This document shows, piece by piece, positions 55,335 through 64,000 of a stretch of DNA of 64,000 nucleotides. Each line of letters begins with the position of its first letter. The first letter of the stretch is position 1. This DNA comes from Monocercomonoides exilis PA203 (lineage: Eukaryota > Protista > Preaxostyla): positions 1,302,001 to 1,366,000 of the forward strand of contig LSRY02000016.1 in the NCBI GenBank assembly GCA_001643675.2. The letters run 5' to 3'. The translations under genes and the position numbers were made by a program. The notes under the pieces were generated by a model, which saw nothing but the letters and a program-made list of their open reading frames with translations, made no database searches and was not told where the DNA came from.

Positions 55335-55552
55335 TCATACAACCACTCACCTGAATTAACTCTTTTCGATGTAAAAAATTTTCTAATTTCTTTCTTTATA
55401 ACTTTAATGCTTCGTTTCACAATTTTCAACTTTTGTGTGTTTTAAAATAGAATTTTCACTATATAATTATATTTTCTTTTTTATTATTTTTCAACAATTT
55501 TGATAAAAAAAAGTTTTAAAATGTAACTAAAAATTTGAAGTAAGAAACTGTT

Positions 55553-55974
55553 TCATTCGACTTTTTCATCTTCTTCATTATCTTTTTGCGAAGAATCATC
55601 ATCGTTTTCATTTTTTTCTTCGGATTCCTGAATTAATTTTTCAAGTTCTGCAACTGGTTTTTTCCCTTCAAGTATTTTCTTTCTCATAGCTTTCGCTTTT
55701 GCAGCCTTTGTGGAATCAGCTTTAACAAGCAACATTTTTACTTTGTCTCGTTGAGTTTTTTCCAAGCAATCTTTTTCAATTATTTTTGTTAGATTGGACG
55801 ACATTTGCTAAATAAAAATATTAAAAATAGAAAAAATATTGCCCGCGCAAAACCGAATCAATAAAATGAGACTTTTCTCGCACTTAATGCTATATTTTTA
55901 TGTGGCTTTTTAGGGGCCCCCTTTCTTGGCTGAGATACAGCCCTATTCCCTCCTTTTTTTGAGCCTTGAGCCAT
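55553..55974 (-). CDS. C19orf53/LYDG10 (UPF0390/DUF2462)-like small basic protein, 118 aa, 2 exons (55974-55873, 55807-55553)
   Basis: An exon missed by the ORF track gives MAQGSKKGGNRAVSQPRKGAPKKPHKNIALSARK, spliced in phase 0 to QMSSNLTKIIEKD...MLLVKA. The MAQG / PRKG / PKK / LLK pattern fits this family. Confidence 0.7.
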
Positions 55975-56022
55975 TTTTGGAAAAACTATACATCAGATCG
56001 ATAAAAGATCAATTTTGTTGCA

Positions 56023-56364
56023 ATGATTTACGATACACGTTCAACTATTTATAGTTTGTCGCTATTTATTAGTATTCCCAAATAATTATTTATTATTATT
56101 TGCATTAAATTTAGAGTCATTTTTAACTTCATCTGGAACATCTCCGTTTGTTTTCCTTTTTCATTCTTTGTGATATTTTTCTTGCATTGAATGTTGTATT
56201 TATGAAATTCTTATCAACTGTGCATATTTAGTGATGTTCAAGCTATTTTGAGAGCACTCGAATCATATGATCCACATGCTTCATCTGCATCAAAGACAGC
56301 CCCATCATCCACACCAGAAGCATCATCTTCAGCAACGCCTTCATCCTCAGAAGAGAAGAAATAA
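56023..56364 (+). CDS. 64-aa spliced microprotein, 3 exons (56023-56053, 56115-56145, 56232-56364), with an N-terminus resembling plant wound-induced basic proteins
   Basis: Two GTTTGT...TTAG introns with consistent phases give MIYDTRSTIYKSFLTSSGTSPDVQAILRALESYDPHASSASKTAPSSTPEASSSATPSSSEEKK*. Confidence 0.65.
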
Positions 56365-56543
56365 ATTAACCAAATACACATTTCTTGATTTTTCACCTCA
56401 TATTATTGGGCCAAAGAACATTCAAGGAAATATTTTATTTTTATTTTTTGGATGATCACAAATAAAGAACAATGCAAAAATTATTAAAAATCATTTTCAT
56501 TTTTTTTTGTTTTTGCAAATTACGATTAATTTCAACGTCTTCA

Positions 56544-59500
56544 TCAGTTCAAATTTAGTAGAAGAGTCCATGCTCTCACAGAAGGACTATCTGATCTTGA
56601 AGAAAAAATACTGTTAAGAAGCAGCTCGACCTCATCCACTTGTTGCTTTAATAGTTGTAACCTTGAAATAAAGGAAGACGTTCCCTTTAAGCAATTTGGA
56701 ATTTGTAGGCTGCGTTTTCGAGACTGAAAAATTGAGCTTGATTGAATCCCAAGAGAATTTATAATCTCTTCTTCTTTAATTTGTTCATCAATAGCAGCTG
56801 TAACCTCTGATGTGATGGCTGAAGAAAGGTCTAAAAGAAGAAGGGAAGTGTTTATTAGAGAAAGCAGAGCATTTCGAATCACTGCAGTCCGTGGAGTGAG
56901 GGCGCATCTTTCAGTAATCGTTGCCAGATAGGTGTTATGAGCATCGCTAACGTGCCCAATGTGCGTACAATGAATGCCAAGATGAGCAGAATGATGTGAA
57001 CCAGCACCATCATCGCCCAGCGCAACAGGCTGCAGCGCTTTGCACAGGTCCTGCCAGGGCTTGCTGAGTGCAAGTGACAGAAATGCATTGTTAACAGAGC
57101 TGAGGATGTGGATGATGCGATGGCGTGTCAAGAAAAGTGTATGTGCAACAACAGTCTTCAAAAAAGTGGGAGGAAACGTTTTTGGCAGCTTCGATGCTGT
57201 GGAGGCCCACAGGCCCAGTTTCATTTGCAGCAGGAACGAGAATATCGTCTGGTACTGTGCATGGGCAGCGCTATCGATGAGCAGAGAAGTTGGATGAGGA
57301 GCAGAGTATTTCAACGTGATGGACGACACAAATTGCATCACTGGATGGAAAGAAGGTGGAAACGAATTAGCAGTCTGCTGTGCGGAGACAGGCTGCATTC
57401 CCACGCTCAGCCAAGGGCACGCGAAGTTTCCTGAGTAAAGTGATTCCCTCAACCAGCGGCTGACGTCCAGACGAGACGAAAAAAGCTCAATCGATCTGCG
57501 TTCAGAAGGAGGTGGAGAACGCAGTGAGCGTCTATATGCTAAAAAGGAAGACTCAAACAGCTGTGTGGCGAATGAGTGCATCACATCTCCGCGGTTCATC
57601 AGGAAGAAAGAGCGCATGTTTGAAAGATGCTGCAGAAGATAGCCATCTTCGAGGAGAAAGCGAAGCAGCTTGGCGTTTGATGTAGCACATAACGAACGAA
57701 TTGGCAGAGAAAATGACTGTTCCATCAACTCGTCGGGATAGATTCGAAGGAGAGACACTGAAAAATTAATGCATTTATTTATTAAACATTATTTTGAACA
57801 AGTTAAATATGCATAAATCAAATTTCCAATTTTTCATAAAAATACATAAATTCAATTGAGAAATAAAAATAATAAATACCATCCCGAAAGTCAGTCTTGA
57901 ACAAAGAAGCTTCATTTTGGACTGTTTGTTGAGCGTTGAGTGAGAGTGGGTTGATGAAAGACAGCCGAAGAGAAGAAAAAACCTGGGCAAAAATTTTATT
58001 TTTGCATGTTGATTGAATTTGAGGGAGCGAAATTGTGGTTGGGAATATCATGGAAGGCTGCTTAGTAAAGCGAGAAAGGAGAAACGAGGAAGAAGACGAA
58101 GACTCGATGAATGGAAGAGAAGTGGAGGAGAAATGAAGTGTGTTGAATGGGGATTCAGCAGGTGTGGCTGAAGAATAAGTTAAAATTGAAGTGTTCTGAG
58201 CTTCTGTGAATGTGTTTGTGAAATGTGTTTGCTGAATTTGCAGTGATTGAGGTGGATGAAGTTGCAGTTTACTGAATTTCATTGGAATTTCGTTCAAAAC
58301 AGGGGAAGGCGACTCGAAGAGCGCAAAGTTCGGAGGAGGGAAGAAGCGAGGGGCAGCAGGCGAGAGGGAATTCACTGTGGAAGATGGAGTTGAAGAGTTT
58401 TCTTCCCAAATTGATGACAAGTCTTCAGAGCTTTCGTCGTCGTTTGGGTCGATGTTGAAGGAAGGGAACTGGTTGATGAATGAAGTGTAGAGAAGATCGC
58501 CGATGGTGGAATACTCAGAAGAAGAGGAGGAGGAAGAAGAAATTAAACTTTGCTGCTTTTTTGGTGATTGAGAAACCAAAGAAGAAGAAGAAGATGATGA
58601 TGAAGGATGAACTTCACTGGAATCTTCATTAGAACTTGCTGGTAAAAGAGAAAGACTTGTCTCTTGCACCGAATGGAATGAAGGAGACAGTTCAACGCTG
58701 TCTTCTCTTTTGACTAACAGAGCTGAATTCTTTGGGACAATTGCCTTTTCTTCAAATTCATTCTCAGACAGCAACTTGGGAACACACTTATCAATTCTAT
58801 TTTCTGTTCCATTTTCGTCAAATTCCTTTCTTTCAGCCGTATTTCTCTTTGAAACGGACGAAACAGCCATCTTTTTGAACGAGTTGAACATCTGCGACAT
58901 AATCGCATCAGTCATCCCAATCGCCGACGGCGCTTTCAAACCAGACTCCTCTTCTTCATTGCGCGTCCTCTCTGAAACAAGAGCATTCTCCATCCTCTCC
59001 TCAAATCCCAGCGGGCGGGGCATCACTGCACCGCAGCTGAAGTCTTCATAGAGCGTTCTCGCAAAGGGAGTGGAGTGTGCTAAAGCAGAAGAATGGAGCG
59101 GGGTCGGCTTGTGTATAGAAGGGAACAATGAAGCTTCAAAAACGGAGTCTTCGAGGTCTTCAAATAGAGTGTCTGTTTCATTTAGAAGCTGAAGCTGGAG
59201 AGATGGTTGATTGTTTGAAGTGTATGAAAGGCTGCTGCTGCTACTACTACTAACGCTGCTGGTTGAAGGCGACTGAATGAACGAAGGGAAAACATAAGCT
59301 GAGCTGTTACTGTTATTTTCATCGCCATCACCTTCTCTGCTGCTTCCCCCAGGTGATGGAGGCGGTGAATGAATGGAATTAAGTTCTAACAGCTCGTCGT
59401 TTCCAAGGCTTGCAGCAAAAATGTCTTTTGGCCTGACAATTTGGAGTTTTGATGCTTCGGATGAATTGCCTGAAAATTCTTTGTCTGAAAGCTGCTTAAC

Positions 59501-61220
59501 ATTGCTATCATCCCCTTCGATGGCTGAAACGAGAGGTCTTTTCGTGAACGGGATGGTTGTGTCGAGGATGTTCCGAAAGGAAGGAATCGACGAAGAATAA
59601 ACAGATCGGGCAAAGATAGGGAAAGATGAGGTATCAAAGGGCAATCCATCAAAGAGATCAAAAATGTTACTTGAGGTGCGCTTGGAAAGTGAATTGGATG
59701 ATCTAACAAAGCGGTTTGGCGAAGCAGAAACTAAAAGTGAAGAAGAAGAAGAGGAGGAAGAATTCACTGAAAGCTGTACATCGCTTAATTCAATTTGTTT
59801 ATTTTTCTGTTCCTTAGCAGCTTCTTCAATCAGTCGCATGATATGTTCTTTGAAGACCAGCGAAAAGCATTTGTCCTGTTGCTTCTCAGACTGGCTGTTA
59901 TTTCCTTCCTGCCGCAGAAGAAACGCAGACTTCCCCGCTGCTAAAATGTCTGCAATGAGCGGCGCCACAAACGAAGGGCAGATGGCGTCGCTTCCCTTTC
60001 TGGTTTCCCCCAAAGTTTGGTTCGAGCTGGCAGGCATGGCAATGTCGTTGTATGTTAACAGCAGAACAGCAGAGTCCCACTCGCGAAGAGTGTATTTCCC
60101 TTCCTGCTCGTTTGCATTGAACCGAAAGGGCAGCTCATTTGCTGGTGAAATCGTGCGAAGCAGCTTCCGCTCCAGCCTGATCTGCTTTTCAGAAGATGTC
60201 AATTTGCATCTCCCTCGCTTCTCTGGGTGCGAATGGCGGATGCGCCGGCGTTTTGTGGGGCTTGCATCAAACAGCTCATCATCACGCTCAGCAGATGCTT
60301 GGTCTGCCTTCTGCTGGTTCGAAGAACTAGCGCTGGTGTCAGAGAGTGTTATGTCTTTCTCTTCCATTTTTGTAGAGTCGTCGTCCTCTTCCTCTTCTCT
60401 CATGCCAAATTCTTCTCCGTTTTGGAGCATTGAATATGATGCGAAAGAAGCAGATGCATATCTTTCATTGATGCTTTGAGAACTGCTGCCATTAAGTTCT
60501 CCCTTTTTTATCCACTTTTCCAAAGCATCACAATATGGCTTTAATGTCTCGACAAAAATGGAAAAGAAAACTGTGAACAAGTCAATAGATGACCACCATG
60601 ACAACGGCTCAAAAAGTTGTATTTGATCTGATGATTGAATGAAAGATGCTGCAACAGGAGGAATGAAAATGGAACGTGAAGTCGATGAAGAATTTTGATT
60701 GGCTCGTTCGATTTGAGGATACAATCTAACAAGAATGTTGTATAATGTAGTCAAAATGTGAGAAGATATGACAGCTGCTCTCAAGTTCTTTTCGAGTTCA
60801 GATTTTGCCCAAGCTTGTGGATTAATGTCTGTGACAGTCAAAGGAATCAGGGTCTGTTCTTCACGGGCAACATTGTCATTGCAAAATTTAATAAGTGGTA
60901 AAAGTGGACCAAATAATCGTGAAAACGGAGTTATAAACATAAGAAGAAAATCAGAAAAAGGCATTTCTTCAGCGCTTGCATAATGATTTTTAAAAATGAA
61001 AAGTGTTTCATCGAATGATAAAAGAAGTTTTTTCACTTGAGATGCGAATGCCCACATTGTAGGAATTTGAAATGTTCTTAAAAAATAGTTTGTAAACATT
61101 TAAATGATACATAAAGCGTTTTTATGTTAGCAATCAACTTACAAACTTGTGATTACATAATGAATGCATTTGCTCTAAAGCAAATCGAAATCCAGGAACG
61201 TAATCAAAAAAGGAGTCCAT
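56544..61220 (-). CDS. TUBGCP5: Gamma-tubulin complex component, GCP5-like, about 1494 aa, 3 exons (61220-61147, 61076-57880, 57757-56544)
   Basis: FSIFVETLKPYCDALEKWIKKGEL, SFVAPLIADILAAGKSAFLLR, LLQHLSNMRSFFLMNRGDVMHSF and LKYSAPHPTSLLI...YQTIFSFLLQMK match GCP5 GRIP1/GRIP2 segments. The first exon is less certain. Confidence 0.8.
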
Positions 61221-61400
61221 TTAATAATTTTAAAGGGCCTTGGAAGAATTTTTATCTATTTTCAGTCTAAATGCACAAAAATAGCGAATAAAAAAATTGA
61301 ACTTAACCCATACGAATATTTTTTTCATATCTTGTCCATAATATAATTATAACAATTTTGAATTAGATTTTTTGAAAATTGTTTAAGCTCATTCTTCGCA

Positions 61401-63726
61401 ATGAATTTCGATGAAACTTCAGAGGTACGCATTATTTTATAGCTGAGCTATCTTTAATTTTTTCTAAGTTCGTTACAATTGACCGCACATTTCGAGGGCA
61501 TACAGATTCAATTTTATCGGTATCAATAAGTCCAAAAATGAATCAAATTGCATCCGGAAGCAAAGATAAAACTGTAATCGTATGGAATTTTAAAGAGAAT
61601 TGCAGAGCCTTTCGATATAAAGGACACAAAGTGTGCAATCATATTTTTAACTTGAATGTTTAAAGTGAATTTGTTTCAGGGTCCCGTAACAGGAGTTAAA
61701 TTTGCTCCAGATGGAACTCTATTGGCGTCTTGCTCCACTGATGGAGCGGTTAAGTTGTGGGTTCCTAACGTGTTTGCATTTATTTTTTTCTTTGTTTTTG
61801 ATAATTTTATAAACCAAAAATATTTTTAGCGAAGGAAAATCTAAAAGCATTCTTGCTCATTCTGCTCCTGTGCAAGCAGTTGATTTTTCATACGATGGAA
61901 AGTTATTATTAAGTTGCTCGAATGACAAATCAGTAAAAATATTTTCTATGCCAAATCCAACTTTCATGTCATCTTTTTCTGGCCACACAAATTGGGTTCG
62001 TTCTGCGTGTTTCTCACCAGATTCTCGAATTATAGCTTCTGGAAGTGATGATAGAACAGTGAAGTTGTGGAGTGTTAATGACAATTCTTGCATTCATACA
62101 CTTCACGGGCACATTGAGTTTGTAATCATTATTATTTTTCAAGATTTGTTAAAATCTTTTTGTCATAATCAGTTATGTCACTCACGTTGCTTTTCATCCC
62201 CAAGGAACCTGCGTTGCGGTATGTGCTTGTTCCTTTTTAAAAATTTTGAATTTTTATTTTCTAATTAATATAACCTCTTTATAAACAATTAAATGTTTCA
62301 AGGCATGCTCCACTGATCGAATCATTCACATTTGGGATATTCGAAACCAACAACTGCTTCAACGCTATCATGCACACAGCGCAGCAATCAATCAAATCGC
62401 ATTTCATCCTGAAGGTAGATTCCTTCTTTCTTGCTCTGATGATACGAAAGTCAATGTTTGGAAAGCTTTTTATTTCAGTCATAAAAAATCATTCAATAAT
62501 TTTTCTATTCTATTCGACCTTAAATGTTACTTAAATCTTTATTTGCCTTGCCTTAGATGTGGGATTTGGCCACTGGACTTCTTTCGACCACATTTCATGT
62601 GCATCAAAAGCCTGTTCGTGCAGTTGATTGGACGTGCTGTGACAGCATTGTCCGCGCTGCCACGAAAGGCTCCTTGGGACGCAGCGGAACACAGAAACCA
62701 AAAGAAGACAAATTGACAGACTTTTTCGTGAGTGGTGGCGATGACAAGCTGCTTTTCGTGTGGAAAGTTAATGACCTTGATGCTGCCAAAGTAGAAATTG
62801 ATCCACACGACGAGTCAGAGGCAAGCTCAGCGTTTCCTCCGCCCGCTGAAAAGAAAAGCGAGCCCTGGGTCTTCCCCACAAAGGATCCACAAACAACAGT
62901 TCCATTGAGACCGGAGTCCGCTTCTGCTTCTTCTGAAATGATGGCCTCGTCCAGCAGACGCTCACCTGCACATCGCTCATCTGCTTCTCCAACACCATCA
63001 GGCTCAGTTCGATCAGCAGCGTCTTCACGTGCTGGCATGAGGGCGTCTCCAAAATCATCAAAGATGGCTCCTGTCCCACCTCCGTTCCCAGTTCCTGCTT
63101 ATTCTTCGTTTGTGTCGCCGACGCCTGTGCAGATGGATGAAGTGGAGAAAGAGCGGATTGAGCAGAAGACGCAAGCAAAGTACAGACTGCTCAGAACAAG
63201 AGATGCGATTGAGGCAGAGAAGATGCTGACAGAGGAGAAAGAAAGAGAGCTTGCGGAGCTCAAAGAAATTGAAGCAGATAAGAAGAGGGATTATGAAATG
63301 GAAAGGAGGATGGAAGAAAAGAAAGAAAGAGAATTCAAATCGAGGCATGTTGCAGACGATGGAGAGATTGAAATACAGGACAATGATGCCGCCCTCTTCG
63401 ACAAGATGGAAGAACAAGAACAGCAAATTTCCATTTTGACAAAGGTCTGCTTTCATTCGTCTATTCTTTCATTCTTTAATCATTCCATTCTTCAATGTGT
63501 CATGATTGATCAAAAATCACATTTTTCTTTTGTTTTTAATAGAGTTTAGAAATCATGGATGTTCGACAGCGCAGTTGCGAGACAAAGCTTCAAAATATTG
63601 AGATCCTTCTCCAACGTTTGCTTTTTTCATTTCTTTTTCTTTTTTTTGATTATTTTCTATTATTTTATAAATATTGCACTTATTTCCTAAAAATTATCAG
63701 AAATTATGAAGCAACTTGGCATGTAA
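61401..63726 (+). CDS. POC1: POC1 centriolar WD40 protein, about 583 aa, 9 exons (61401-61424, 61469-61630, 61680-61771, 61830-62117, 62173-62218, 62303-62455, 62557-63444, 63543-63615, 63701-63726)
   Basis: IDRTFRGHTDSI, WNFKENCRAFRYKGHK, VKLWVPNVEGKS, AHSAPVQAVDFS, GHTNWVRSACFSPD and LLQRYHAH, plus a C-terminal Poc1-type coiled coil (QISILTKSLEIMDVRQRSCETKL). All intron phases are consistent. Confidence 0.92.
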
Positions 63727-64000
63727 AAATCAATAGTTGAAATTCACGTCATTATTCTTTCTATAAAATCACGTCTTTTTTTCCTCTTTCTCTTTCATTT
63801 TTGGCACTTCACTTTTTCTCTTCAATCGCATTATTACAATATTTCATTCATCAACTCCAGCATTTTCCATCATTTTCTTTCTTTCTTTCTTTTGAACTGT
63901 TTAGTGAAGTGATAAATATTCTATTATTTTATTCTATTCAATAAAAATTTTTTTTTCAAGTCGCACCTGGTTTCCCAGCAGCCAACACATCGTCCACCAT

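Noticed and set aside
55860-55980. Possible snRNA/ncRNA (hairpin ggctg-agata-cagcc and an Sm-like atttttgg)
   Set aside because: Better explained as exon 1 of the C19orf53-like gene on the minus strand; no U1, U2, U4, U5 or U6 signature seen.
63956-64000. Possible 3' end of a minus-strand gene (MVDDVLAAGKPGAT*)
   Set aside because: Too short and cut by the window edge to support.

Overview
AT-rich eukaryotic (protist) genomic DNA using the standard genetic code, with short GT-AG introns (mostly 53-122 nt) and proteins expanded by Ser/Glu/Lys low-complexity tracts. The gene content and style suggest an oxymonad such as Monocercomonoides; this is inference and was not verified. Conserved genes: glycogen phosphorylase, a giant Grp170/HYOU1-like ER Hsp70, CFAP57, a TMEM115-like protein, a PDK1-like kinase, SF-assemblin, a C19orf53/UPF0390-like protein, GCP5 and POC1. 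A spliced 64-aa microprotein absent from the ORF track is also present. The most striking system is a family of huge, intronless single-pass surface proteins: two full copies and one decayed remnant. Their Cys-rich GGA[ILV]/FxxN ectodomains are highly diverged, but the two full copies share an indel-free, about 1-kb, near-identical cytoplasmic pseudokinase cassette. The 35.6-45.2 kb interval is a decay zone holding pseudogenes, MITE-like inverted-repeat elements and a poly(A)-tailed retroposed fragment. All gene models and alignments were made by eye.
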